From positions 48,670,001 to 48,734,000 of the forward strand of contig OX597832.1 in NCBI GenBank assembly GCA_951406725.2: a stretch of 64,000 nucleotides of DNA. The letters are read 5' to 3'. Below the pieces are notes generated by a model. That model ran no database searches. It saw only the letters and a list, made by a program, of their open reading frames with translations, and was not told the DNA's origin. Below, in pieces: positions 26,400 through 39,380 of this stretch. The position numbers and the translations under genes were made by a program. Positions within the stretch are counted from its first letter, which is position 1; the number at the start of each line of letters is the position of its first letter. Origin of the DNA: Octopus vulgaris. Its lineage: Eukaryota.

Positions 26400-28300
26400 T
26401 ACGATGGTTGCTTCTCCACAATGTTTAGCAGTACAGCATTCACAACTAATTGGCGTGTTGGTTCTTATGCTACCTTGCGTGTTCAAGTTTTCCATGTATA
26501 TCTGAATTGAGCAGAAATACAGGAAGAAGTTAACTAAGGTGGCATTTTAATAGCATTACGAAATCTCTATACATTTAAACTAATGTACGTATAACAGTAG
26601 CGAAGAATGTAAAAGCTAGAACTTAATGCAGTAACATGCCGTGTCTGCTGCATGTCCAGGTTGGTATTTTGTTCTTTTGTGAAGATGATCAGTCGCTATA
26701 GCTTGGTTTTAGCTTGTAATAATAAAACATAATACTTGTGTTCTTTATCGATTCTTTTAGGGAGACTAAAGCTCAAGCAGGACTGGAATTAACTATGATA
26801 CATCTAATATATTATTTGTGCGCTAGAGTTGTTCTCTACCGTGTCTTTTGCGTGTGCCGTGATAGTTATTGCTGCTGTGTTCTTCTTAATTCCTTATAAC
26901 TCTCTATTCTAAATGGTTGCAAATTTTATGTGGCTGAGTATAATGATTGGTTTTTATCTGTCGTTTCTTGATATTGCTATTTAAGATAGAGATGTTCAAT
27001 TTGGTAGGTGATACGTGTAGTCTATTTATTTGGAACTGCGTTTAAGGATGGTTAATGTAAGGTTAGAAAAGCTTGCAAAAATATGGATAATTCGAATATC
27101 ATATACGTACAAGCTGGCGTATATGTTACGTCAAGTGATGGGATGAACAAATTGTGCAGATAAAACCGACAAAATGTGTGAGATAGCAGATCTTTATTTT
27201 ACACAGTTTGATAAAATGCAGATTCTAGATGAATCGTTATTTTAATCTTCATAGTGCTGTCCAAGTGATATTTAGCTATCTCGTTTAAATTAGTTTCTTT
27301 GGCAAGTGATTTGTTTGCCATTGAATATAGAATAATGGGGTACAATATTGAGCCACAGTCGATAGTACACTACAGTATGTAGAGAATGCTAAGGCGGTGA
27401 GCTGGCAGAAACGTTAACACGCCGGGCGAAATGCGTAACCGTATTTCGTCTGCCGCTACGTTCTGAGTTCAAATTCCACCGAGGTCGACTTTGCCTTTCA
27501 TCCTTTCGGGGGCGATTAAATAAGTACCAGTTACGCACTGGGGTAGATATAATCGACTTAATCCGTTTGTCTGTCCTTGTTTGTCCCCTCTGTGTTTAGC
27601 CCCTTGTGGGTAGTAAAGAAATAGGTATTTCGTCTGCCGCTACGTTCTGAGTTCAAATTACACCAAGGTCAACTTTGCCTTTTATCATTTCGGGGTCGAT
27701 GAATTAAGTACCAGTTACGCACTGGTGTCGATGCAATAATCCGTCTATCTGTCCTTGTTTGTCCCCTCTGTGTTTATCCCCTTGTGGGCAGTAAAGAAAT
27801 AAGTATGTAAGGAATGTTGGCTGTTAAAGTCGTGATATATACTATATCATATATCATATTCTTTAAAAAATTATAATGTAGCTTAATTTCGAAATTCTTT
27901 GTATTTGACCGTATCGACAGCGGTTAATTGGAAATGTTAGTTATTTAGTGTTACGAGTATATTTTTGAAACGTTATCTTTTTCTTGCAGTTTTTGAGAGA
28001 TTAGATCTTCCCCTATTGGTATTTCCGTATCTGATTGAAGAAATATACCGAAATATGGATTTGGTGAAAGATGTGTGCGTATTAGAAGATGAATGCCATT
28101 TAGATTCTATTTCTTTCTCGTTTCTGTGATGTTTGGCGACTAATTTTGGAAGTGTTTCATAATCAAATCTTCATAGTGTAAAGAGTGTGACCTAACAGTT
28201 TACAGTTGTTCAGGTAACGTGTGATCTTCTATGGCAGGTGTTACAGATGTCGATGTTGCTTATTATAGATTGCTACTTCTTCAGTTATAGTTAAAGCTTG
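26400..28300 (-). pseudogene. Possible very decayed I/Nimb-like LINE relic
   Basis: Minus-strand scraps YFGIF, ILYIL*CTIDCGSILY (cf. LYxSLIRSxxDYGSxxY) and IATD (RNase H-like start), in the expected order with many stops. Confidence 0.3.
27391..27801 (+). mobile_element. SINE family B dimer with imperfect 17-bp TSD
   Basis: agtatgtagagaatgct (27374-27390) / agtatgtaaggaatgtt (27802-27818); junction aagaaatag|gtatttcg at ~27624. Confidence 0.9.
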
Positions 28301-28769
28301 TTACAGACATTTGCCACGATTCTTCTTTAACTCCAGCCTATTTTGGTGTTGATCTTTCATCTTCTATTTGCTTAAATTTCACTGTAATCGACTTAATCCG
28401 TTTGTCCGTCCTTGTTTGTCCCTTCTGTGTTTATCCCCTTGTGGGCAATAAAGAAATATAAAATAGAGGAGAATCGGTTATCCATTCCCTAATCTGGGAT
28501 CCCAAAACATATACTTGCAAAGTATGGAATTCCTTAAAGAGAACTAACGGTCAAATGGTAATGACGAATCGAGGCTGCAATTTGGAATCTTGATTTTCAA
28601 GTATCGCAATGTCGTTTGTAAAAGGCATGTATGCTCGCTTTTTTAATTGAATTCTGTAAATTAATTCTAACGGTTTATATATAAATTGAATTCTGCACTA
28701 TCTTTTCAAAGAAAATATTTAAATGTTTCCATGCATAATAATTAATTGAGAATTTGTGCATTTACATGA

Positions 28770-28858
28770 ATGGATATATATATATATGTATTTATGTATT
28801 GTATATGTATATATTATCATATATATATGTATATATATACACACACACGCACGCACAA

Positions 28859-28890
<32 letters not shown>

Positions 28891-28990
28891 GCATAAATAT
28901 ATTAGTATATATAGGTAAATATATATATATATATATGTGTGTGTATATAGATATATGTATGTGTGCATATGTGCATATATGCATGTATGC

Positions 28991-29033
<43 letters not shown>

Positions 29034-29533
29034 CATATATAGATATATTAAAGCACATTTATTCAAAGTATGAAATGATTACATAAATGTTTTTATATAT
29101 GTATGTATATCTATCTATCCATCTATCTATCTATCTATCTTTCTGTCTATCTATCCATCTATCTATCTATTTATCTATCTATCAACACACACACAGGCAC
29201 ACAAATACACAGAGGCACACAAACACACACACATAAGATATATATCTCGATAGCTTTGTATATATGCATTTATGTGTGAGTGTATCTATTCGTATGTGTG
29301 CGTAATGAGCGCGCGCGTGCGTGGGTACCTACTTCCTTTGTAATTATTAAAAATATATTAATTTATATATCGGCCAATGAAATTCGTTTTTGTGATGTGA
29401 TTCAGTGATTAAATCTTTATCGATTGATTAAATAGCAATTCGTTATTGATCTCTTTGTCTTTAAAACAACAGTGAAGAAAATATATATATATAGACACGC
29501 AAACATAAACACATACTACATACATATACATAT

Positions 29534-29576
<43 letters not shown>

Positions 29577-29585
29577 CATATATAT

Positions 29586-29653
<68 letters not shown>

Positions 29654-29668
29654 ATGTATGTATGTGTT

Positions 29669-29709
<41 letters not shown>

Positions 29710-30023
29710 ACGAATATATACTTACATTCATTTACAAATTAATTGAAATAATGAGTTCATTATACATTACTGCATCGGAATTTTATGTTGTGTGCGTGTA
29801 GAGGGAAGGAACTGAAAAAGTTCCAAAGAAAAAAGATATTAATATTTTTATAATGATAACGTAGTTTGTGAAAATCTATTGATATGCGTTGCGTTTTCTT
29901 TTGATAGTCTCCAAGATATTTACTTTTAATTTCAAAGATCGTTCTAATGAATTAAATAGGAAAATAATCATTCTTCGCTTCTACAGAAAATTAATTTACA
30001 TGCATGCTTAAATACATTATATA

Positions 30024-30073
<50 letters not shown>

Positions 30074-30252
30074 AATAAGTGTGTGTGTGTGTGTATTTAT
30101 ATTTATTTATATATGTATATATAGATGTGTATGTGTATGAGTATGCGTGTGTGTTTGTGTTTGTGTATAGTAGTCACACACAATACACCATATATGTATA
30201 TGTGTATATACATTTATACGCATAGGTAGCTATTTGTTGGTATACCTACATA

Positions 30253-30312
<60 letters not shown>

Positions 30313-30413
30313 CATATATGTATTTGTATGTATGTATGCATGTATATATATATATATACGTATATATATGCATACATATATATATATGTATTTGTATGTA
30401 TATATATATATAT

Positions 30414-30464
<51 letters not shown>

Positions 30465-30536
30465 CATATATATATTTGTATGTATGTATGTATATATATA
30501 TATACATATATATATGTACATATATATATGTATTTG

Positions 30537-30586
<50 letters not shown>

Positions 30587-30884
30587 AATGCATATTCATG
30601 TGAGTGTACGTACTTATGTATGCATATTTCAATATTTTATAGAACTAAACAGGCAACTGACATAAAACAATAATATTAGTCTGAGTTCATTTCTTAGTAT
30701 TTGAAAAATACTTTGTAAGAACCTGCAGCATTTATTTCCATTCAGAATATAATAATATATTATAATACAATAACATATGAATTTACTATACGGTAGAATA
30801 CCAGAAGACATGAAACAGACCAAGCAGATGAAGTTTATTAGATCGAAAAAGGAAAGCGAAATTTCTTTATGTATATGATACAGA

Positions 30885-30954
<70 letters not shown>

Positions 30955-31010
30955 ATGTGTGTAGGTATATGTGTGTGTGTGTGTATATATATACATATGT
31001 GTATATGTAT
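28770..31010. repeat. Cluster of (TA)n/(TATG)n/(TATC)n/(CA)n microsatellites
   Basis: Directly visible, with AT-rich spacers. Confidence 0.85.
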
Positions 31011-31221
31011 AAGTGAGAATCTCCTTATTTACCTAAAACTCTATTCTTCTATTTATTTTTTTAATTCTTTTATTTATTCTTTTATCTACTTTACCACTGA
31101 CTCCTTGACCACTCCCCTAAGTATGATATTTTTGCGCTATGCCTACCCACAAAAAGTCCCCCCACCACCACCCCTTTAAACCTGCCTAAATGTATAAATA
31201 CCAAAACAATTCTTGTTAACT

Positions 31222-31272
31222 AGCTTCCTGATGATTTCTCTTGAATGAAACAGTTCTAGTCCTGTAGAAGCT
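31222..31272 (+). ncRNA. Type I hammerhead ribozyme fold in a Penelope-like terminal repeat remnant
   Basis: Stem I agcttc/gaagct; core CTGATGA; stem II ttc(tctt)gaa with a mismatched closing pair; GAA; stem III acag(ttctagtc)ctgt; cleavage triplet GTA. TATAAATA upstream (~31193) and AATAAA downstream (~31283). Confidence 0.75.
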
Positions 31273-31283
31273 CCTTCTATATA

Positions 31284-31323
<40 letters not shown>

Positions 31324-31574
31324 AACTGAGGTGAGAGGTGAACAAATATGGAATTCTTAGAGAGATGAATTGATGCAAGTCAGAGGTTCTCAACAGGGGT
31401 CGATATAATCCCTAAGGGTCTATATGATGCTTTAGTGCTCGTGTTAGGTTTTAGGTGAGCCACGCTTCCAAACTAGTGAGTTAAGGATCCACGGTTTTAT
31501 TTTAAGGCTTCATGTAAAGATTTGTTTTAGATGCATGCATTGCAACAAACAGCTAAGTTCAGTTCTATATTTAA

Positions 31575-31850
31575 GAGATGAGGAATTATTTACATTATTT
31601 ACATTATTTACATTATTTACATTATTTACATTCGACGGATATTTGTCCTCATCTTGTTTGTTGTTAACACAACGTTTCGGCTGATATACCCTCCAGCCTT
31701 CACCAGGTGTCTTGGAGGAAATTTCGAACCTGGGTTCTCATTCCTAACGTATTTTTCGATGTTATTATGGCATAGTGGTTAAGGTCACAGGCTACTAACC
31801 CCAAGATTCCCAGTTCGATTCTAAGCAGTGACCTGAACAATAACGATAAC

Positions 31851-31918
<68 letters not shown>

Positions 31919-31974
31919 CAACAACAACAACAACATTGAAAAATACCTCAGGAATGAGAACCCAGATTCGAAAT
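31575..31974. mobile_element. Head-to-head halves of a tRNA-headed, hammerhead-carrying SINE-like element
   Basis: + half (31768-31974): A/B-box head, (AAT)n, 43-bp linker. - half (31575-31767): the same linker, a hammerhead, and a (TAAATAATG)n tail. The linkers at 31721-31763 and ~31931-31974 are inverted repeats. Confidence 0.7.
31665..31711 (-). ncRNA. Minimal hammerhead ribozyme motif with one core substitution
   Basis: Minus strand: gacac-CTGGTGA-A-ggctg(gagggtatat)cagcc-GAAAC-GTT-gtgtt. Stems I and II pair; the core differs from CTGANGA at one base. Confidence 0.7.
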
Positions 31975-31989
31975 ATATATATATATATA

Positions 31990-32330
31990 TGTACACTGCA
32001 ACATGTACACTGCAACATAATTTCTTTTCCTCAACAGGCCCTGCCCTATTTAACCTTGTCTCGAGGGAGATCAAAGAGGAAAAGGATCCCATCAACTTTA
32101 AACGGAGTCTGGATAGATTCCTTCAAAGAATACCAGATAAGCCACCCATAATTGGATACAACTCACCCAGCAAGAACTCACTACTTGAACAAAACTTGAC
32201 TTAAACAAAACTTGACTTAAACAAAACTTGACTTAAACAGGATTCGAATAATCCTATCAGGTGGTGCTGTTAAGTTAGACATGACCTGGACCAATCTTTG
32301 GTCGAAACATATCTAAGTTTATCTAAGTTT
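31990..32330 (+). mobile_element. CR1-group LINE 3' end (5'-truncated)
   Basis: STGPALFNLVSREIKEEKDPINFKRSLDRFLQRIPDKP..GY...NSL, then a 3' UTR with an (atctaagttt) repeated tail; 16-bp aacaaaacttgactta x3. Confidence 0.85.
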
Positions 32331-32341
32331 TTATATATATA

Positions 32342-32394
<53 letters not shown>

Positions 32395-32662
32395 AAAGTT
32401 AATGCCTGGATGTCGTTTCTGCTAATTTCTCTGCAACGTGTGGGGTTTCGTTATAGATGTTACTACTTCAGTAATAATTTTCTTCCAGAATTGTTCAATG
32501 TTCATTGTTTGTAAGTGTATATTTAAACTGCAAATATATTCATTTATTCTATAATTAAATGTAATTGATTTGTTCCCAAGTTACGAGCTCGTTAGCCGTT
32601 TAATTATAATGGATTATTTAGTGTCGTTGTAGTTAAAAATTATTTATTTCTTTTAATTATAA

Positions 32663-32704
<42 letters not shown>

Positions 32705-32882
32705 ATTTATGTACATACTTTTCTTTTAATTCAATCTAATCGTATTTCCATTTTTTACTTTAATTTCTGTGTATTTTATTATTCTGTTTCTATTTTTATT
32801 TTATTTTTGTTTTATTTTATTATTTTTTTTATTGTTTTACTTTTGGTAAGCAACTTATTTGGTTAATGTATTTCGTATTGTT

Positions 32883-33458
32883 AAGGCGGCGAGCTGGCAG
32901 AAACGTTAGCACGCCGGGCGAAATGCTTAGCGGTATTTCGTCTGCGTTACGTTGTGAGTTCAAATTCCGCGGAGGTCGACTTTGCCTTTCATCCTTTCGG
33001 GGTCAATTAAATAAGTACCAGTTACGCACTGTGGTCGATATAATCGACATAATCCGCTTGTTTGTCTCTTCTGTGTTTAGACCCTTGTGGGCAATAAAGA
33101 AATAGATATTTCGTCTACCGTTACGTTCTGAGTTTAAATTCCGCCGAGGTCGACTTTGCCTTTCATCCTTTCAGGTTCGATTAAATAAGTACCAGTTACG
33201 CATTGGGGTCGATGTAATCGACTTAATCCGTCTGTCTCTCCTTGTTTGTCTCATCTGTGTTTAGTCCCTTGTGGGTAGTAAAGAAATAGGTATTTCGTCC
33301 GTCATTACTTTTTTGATTTCAAATTCCGCCGAGGTCGACATTGCATTTCATCCTTTCGGGGTCGATAAATTAAGTACCAGTCGCGTGCTGGCGTCCGTCT
33401 GATCGACTGGCTCTTTCCCACAAAATTTCGGTCCCTGTGCCTAGAGTAGAAAAGAATA
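32883..33458 (+). mobile_element. SINE family B trimer (two tail-i units, then one tail-ii unit)
   Basis: Junctions at ~33105 and ~33289. Confidence 0.9.
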
Positions 33459-33859
33459 TATCTTGTATTATTGAGTTTGTTTCATGGTTATTTGTCTAAG
33501 TGCGTAGTTCGAGAACATCGCCGTTAGACTTGTCTCGAGTGTGATATCATGTTCGTAATGTAAGGTTGATTGAGAAACAAAGTATCTAGTTGTCTATACT
33601 TGTTGTAGTGTCTGAATGTCCTTTTTTGAATAAGTTCTTTACTATAAATACTAATGTGAAGGCGCGTGGCTTATTGGTTAGGGGTATTCGGCTCATGATC
33701 GTAAGGTCGTGTGTTCGATTCGTGTATCCGTTGCGAGAGATGTCAGAAATGTTACGTGTACAGGGATCAGTGGCTTGCCGGCCGCCACTCAATCCCAGCG
33801 ACGTCACTTATTGATCCTTCAGTGTTGGAAGGATCAATATATATATATATATATATTCC

Positions 33860-34062
33860 CTTTTTTTCTCTTTTTACTTGTTTCAGTCATTTGACTGCGG
33901 CCATGCTGGAGCACCGCCTTTAGTCGAGCATATCGACCCCGGGACTTATTCTTTGTAAGCCCAGTGCTTATTCTATCGGTCTCTTTTGCCGAACCGCTAA
34001 GCGACGGGGACGTAAACACACCAGCATCGGTCATCAAGCGATGTTGGGGGGGACAAACATAT

Positions 34063-34135
<73 letters not shown>

Positions 34136-34299
34136 TACGACAGGCTTCTTTCAGTTTCTGTCTACCAAATCCACTCACAAGGCTTTGGTCGGCCCGAGGC
34201 TATAGCAGAAGACACTTGCCCAAGATGCCACGCAGTGGGACTGAACCCGAAACTATGTGGTTGGTAAGCAAGCTACTTACCACACAGCCACTCATGCGT
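33860..34299 (-). mobile_element. SINE family A, full length
   Basis: Reverse complement of the 3716 copy. Confidence 0.92.
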
Positions 34300-34314
34300 C
34301 TATATATATATATA

Positions 34315-34657
34315 TAAACTTAGATATGCTTCGACCAAAGATTGGTCCAAGCCATATCTAACTTAATAGCACCACTGGATAGGATTAACTAAATCCTTTT
34401 AAAGTCAAGTTTTGTGGTATCATGGTCCATTCGATAGGGAATTCTTGTCGAGTGAGCTGTATCCAGGTATAGGTAGCTTATCTGGGTTTCCTCGAAAAAA
34501 TTTGTCCTGATTCCGTGTAAAGGTGATGGCATCACCTGTGTTTATGACACTCTTTATAGACTATAAAGAGACGCGAGCCCAAGACAGTCCCCTGAGGGAC
34601 ACCACTGGTGACTTTTGCTGGGCTTCAATTGATTCCACCGATCACAAGTTGTGTTTC
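34315..34657 (-). mobile_element. CR1-group LINE, internally deleted
   Basis: Minus strand SPAKVTSGVPQGTVLGSRLFIVY (RT motif) is joined directly to C-terminal TFTRNQDKFFRGNPDKLPIPGYSSLDKNSL, followed by the same 3' UTR as 31990-32330. Confidence 0.85.
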
Positions 34658-34702
34658 GTTATGTGTGCGCACATACATACACACATACATACATACATAC
34701 AC

Positions 34703-35122
34703 TTTTTACTCTTTTACTCTTTTACTTGTTTCAGTCATTTGACTGTGGCCATGTTGGAGCACCACTTTTAGTCGAGCAAATCGACCCCGGAACTTATTCT
34801 TTTGTAAGCCCAGTACTTATTCTATCGGTCTCTTTTGCCGAACCGCTAAGTGACCGGGACGTAAACACACCAGCATCGGTTGTCAAGCAATGCTAGGGGG
34901 ACAAACACAGACACACAAACACACACACACACACAGATATATATATATATACATATATACGACAGGCTCCTTTCAGTTTCCGTCTACCAAATCCACTCAC
35001 AAGGTATTGGTCGGCCCGGGGCTATAGCAGAAGACACTTGCCCAAGATGCCACGCAGTGGGACTGAACCCGGAACCATGTGGTTGGTAAACAAGCTACTT
35101 ACCATACAGCCACTCCTACGCC
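34703..35122 (-). mobile_element. SINE family A, full length
   Basis: Reverse complement of the 3716 copy. Confidence 0.92.
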
Positions 35123-35589
35123 TACATATTAACATTCGTAGAACATTGCATTTCTAGCGAGTAATTTTAGTGGTCTTTCCATAGACAAATACAGCTCTTC
35201 AAAGCTGTATATAAATAGAGTATAAAAAAAAGATGTCGTATATTCAACTGGTAGCTGTCTCCAGGTCTTGAAATAATTGCAAAACAGTATTCAAAATTAA
35301 CCTGTGTTAATGATCGAAAACAACGGCATTGGTCATGCATGGGTCATTGGCGTTAATAGCTAATTAATAACTAAATGATGTTTACTGTCAGAAAACAAAT
35401 TATTGATAAATCACATACAATTATTGTTATATCAATTTTTTTTTCATTTTTCCTATTTTGTTTTTGACTGAGCTGAAAGAATTATAATACAAATACAATG
35501 TATCGCATAAAAGTGAGACATCTGTCATTTAAGAGTTACTATGTCTGGAACTAGCATTTTTCTTTAAAAAAATAACGCATAAATATTGA

Positions 35590-36163
35590 TTTCAAGTTTT
35601 GACACAAGGCCAGCAATTTTAAGTTTGGGGTAATAGATTACGTCAACACTAGTGATCCACTGGTATTTTTTTTGTCTATTTTGAAAGGGATGAAAAACAA
35701 AGTCAACCTTGGAAGAATTTGAACTCAGAATGTACGGGCGAAATTCCGTTAAGAATTTTGCCCAGTGTCTTCACAATTCTTATTTCTTTACTGCCCACAA
35801 GGGGCTACACAAAGAGGGGACAAACAAGGACAGTGCGTAACTGGTACTTATTTAATCGACCCTCAAAGGATGAAAGGCAAAGTCGACCTCGGCGGAATTT
35901 GAACTCAGAACGTAGCGGCAGACGAAATACCTATTTCTTTACTATCCACAAGGGGCTAAACACAGAGTAGACAAACAAGGACAGACAAAGGGATTAAGTC
36001 GATTATACCGACCCCAGTGCGTAACTGGTACTTAATTTATCGACCCCGAAAGGATAAAAGGCAAAGTCGACCTCGGCGGGGTTTGAACTCAGAACCTATC
36101 GACGGACGAAATACCACTAAGCATTTCGTCCGGCGTGCTAACGATTCTGCCAGCTCGCCGCCT
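35590..36163 (-). mobile_element. SINE family B array (two tail-i units joined to an old tail-ii unit)
   Basis: Junctions at ~35930 and ~35780. Confidence 0.85.
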
Positions 36164-36836
36164 TTCGGTTTCTGTCTATCCACACACAAGGCTTTGGTCG
36201 GCCCGAGGCTATAGTAGAATCAAATTTGCACAAGGTGCCACGCAGTGGGACTGAACCCGGAAATATGTGATTCTTTTGTTGATAATTTTTTAAATATGAG
36301 ACATGCTTTTATTTAGTAAACAAACAGTTTTGCGTCGCATTTGTAGTTGAAGGTGGAGCATCGTTTTTTGATGCAGCTCAAACAAAGTCTAAAGTCAAGA
36401 AAAAGATAAGAATATCTATTTATTAAATGGAATACGATTAAGAGGCTTTTAATATGAATATTTAAATATTCATAAATCCCATAATAATTCAATATAAAAA
36501 CAAAGATATGTAAATAATTAAAAGGAAAGAGAGACCAAATAATATATATCGAAATATATATGTTAAAACAAAAAGCATCATTAAAAATTTAATCTTCTCC
36601 GCAATAGGATTTTTGGCATATTACTTTGGACGGATTTAGCTAGAATTTTTTAAAGTTTCTTTAACGTTTCTTTCATTTCTCCAATTTTTCTACGAATAAC
36701 ATTAGAATTACAGATATTAAATACAAAAGATATTAACTACGTATTAAAAAGACGATTCAAAGTTAACATTGTTAAACAATAATAGAAGTGACTCTATATT
36801 TTACTCACTGGTTTATTACATTCGATCTAACAACCT

Positions 36837-37287
36837 GGAGTGGCTGTGTGGTAAGGAGCTTGCTTACCAACCACATGGTTCCGGGTTCAGACCCACTGCG
36901 TGACACCTTGGGCAAGTGTCTTCTACTATAGCCTCGGGCAAGTGTCTTCTACTATAGACTCGGGCCGACCAAAGCCTTGTGAGTGGATTTGGTAGACGGA
37001 AACCGAAAGAAGTCCGTCGTATATATGTATATATATATATGTGTGTGTATGTGCGTGTTTGTGTGTCTGTGTTTGTCCCCCCACCAACATCGCTTGACAA
37101 CCGATGGTGTTGTGTATACGTCCCCGTAACTTAGCGGTTCGGCAAAAAGAGACCGATAAAATAAGTACTAGGCTTGCAAAGAATAAGTCCTGGGGTCGAT
37201 TTGATCGACTAAAGGCAGTGCTCCAGCATGGCCTCAGTCAAATGACTGAAACAAGTAAAAGAGTAAAAGAGAGAGAGTAAAAGAGTA
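36837..37287 (+). mobile_element. SINE family A with a short internal tandem duplication
   Basis: gggcaagtgtcttctactatag occurs twice in tandem. Confidence 0.92.
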
Positions 37288-38954
37288 ACCTCATTTAAAA
37301 CAGAGAATAATGACAATGATATATATTCAACAAGTACCAGCGTACTTGCCGTCTTCCTTGTTTGTCGCATTGAAACTACAATAACCTACGTAAATAAATT
37401 CTTGTTGTTCACTGGTGGAATGTTAATAATTCATATTTGTTGCGGTTTATTTTATCAATCGTTTATTTTATAGTCACACATCTTATCCGACCTCTTCTCC
37501 GCGGAAAAAAAATATCGGTGTCAAATCAAGCGCCGTCAAACGTGTATAAACGACACTTCGATTAATATTGCAACCAACTGAATGAGTCACTCATTTTGAG
37601 ATTTTTTACACTAATATCATCTCGAATTAAATATCGTAGCAAAATTGCTTCTGGTTCAGTAGCATTGTATATGTGTGTGTGCTTGTATTGTATTTGTATT
37701 TGTAGAAACTTAAGTGATATTAGAAATTCGTAATTCTTCCTTTTAGCTTTTGCTTAGATAATTACAGGCATGTCAGTGTGGTTAACTGGCTTGCTTTGCT
37801 AGCATTCGCTCTCGGGTTCGGTCTCACTGCGCAGTACCTTGAGTAAGTATCTTCTAATATAGTCAGCTTAATAAAGACTTGTGAGCGTATCTGGTAGACG
37901 GGAACTGAGTGGAAGCTCGTGTATGTATGTACACACGCACAAACGCATGCACACACACACATACACACACACATGAGAAAGTTTTATAAAGAAACTTACA
38001 AACATAAACGCCGGGTGTGGCGGGGTTCTACAAAAAGAATAATGGAACCCTCGAACGCAGGATGGCTGTGAAAACGGCGAAAACGGAAAACAGTGGCCAC
38101 CTGACAAATTCCAGCTGAGCGCTCTGTACCGTTAAGCTAAGGGATCCGTGACAACAAATATCGCGTTTTTCTCACCCCGAGCAAATTGCTTAGCGGCATT
38201 TCGTCCGTCTTTAGGTTCTGTGTTTAAATGCCACCGAGATCGACTTTACCTTTGACCCTTCGGATTCAATAAAATACGTACCAGTTGAGCACTGAGATTG
38301 ATAAAATCTGCTTACCAAATCCCTCGAAATTGCTGGCCTTGTGCTTAAATTTTAAACCGATATTAGTGTATTCTTCAAATATACATAGGCCTAGTATTTT
38401 TGGCTTCCTGAGCGTTTTATATCCAGGCCTTCTTTGAGGCACATCAGTCCAGTTGCTTTCGGGAGTGCATAGGAGGTCATCAGGGAGAGTGTGCTTCCTA
38501 AGGCGCTCTCTACCAACACATAGATAATAATATCTCCATCTTTCCTGGATAAGACACTGAACGCCCTTCGTTAGTAAGTCTCTAGCACAGGAACAGAGGA
38601 TTTGGGGGAAATATGGATTTATTTACCTCTTAGTCAGCAGTATTCCAGGTACATACTGGCCCAGTTACGGGTGAAATATAGAAAGGTGGGTCTATTGCTA
38701 GGGCATACATGACTCGGAAGAAAGGTGGCCTCTAAGCAAGTGACACACTGGCGCACCAGCATTCGAACATGTCTTGATATCATATGAACCAGTCCTCCAG
38801 CATATGAATGAAGTAGGCCCTACACTTCCAGAGTGAGCTGGAGAGAGCAGTATACTGGTGGATTAAACTGTAATTAAATCGGCAGAAGGCAACATGAAAC
38901 CACTGCTGTAATTTTCTCAGTAAAATAAAACACACCGCCTTATGACAGTGTTTC

Positions 38955-39380
38955 TGCTATTGGCTCAAGGCCTAAAATTTGTGGGGATGTAGCTTGTGAA
39001 TTACAGCAACTGGCACTTATTTTATCGATCCCGAAAGGAAGAAAGGCAAAATCATTCTCGGTGGGATCTGAACTCAGGATGTAAAGTCGGAAGAAATGTC
39101 GCTAAGCATTTTGTCCGGCGTGCTAACCATTCTGCCAGCACGTCGCCTTATTGCATTATTTAATATTGGTTTCAAATTTTGTCACGGGGCCAGGAATTGT
39201 GTGGGGAGGAGATAAGTCGATTACATTGACCCAAGTATTCACCTGGTACTTATTTTATCGAGCCCGAAAGAACGAAAGGCAAAGTTGACCTCGGTGGATT
39301 TTGAAACCAGAAGGCATGGACGGACGAAATGCCTCTAAGCATTTTTCCCTGAGTACTAACGATTCTGCCAGTTCGCCACT
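38955..39380 (-). mobile_element. Two older SINE B monomers
   Basis: tattttatcga..cccgaaagga..aaaggcaaa..gattctgccag motif set occurs twice. Confidence 0.8.

Noticed and set aside
37580-37596. AP-1 site within the palindrome aatgagtcactcatt
   Set aside because: A single short motif with no linked gene or other support.
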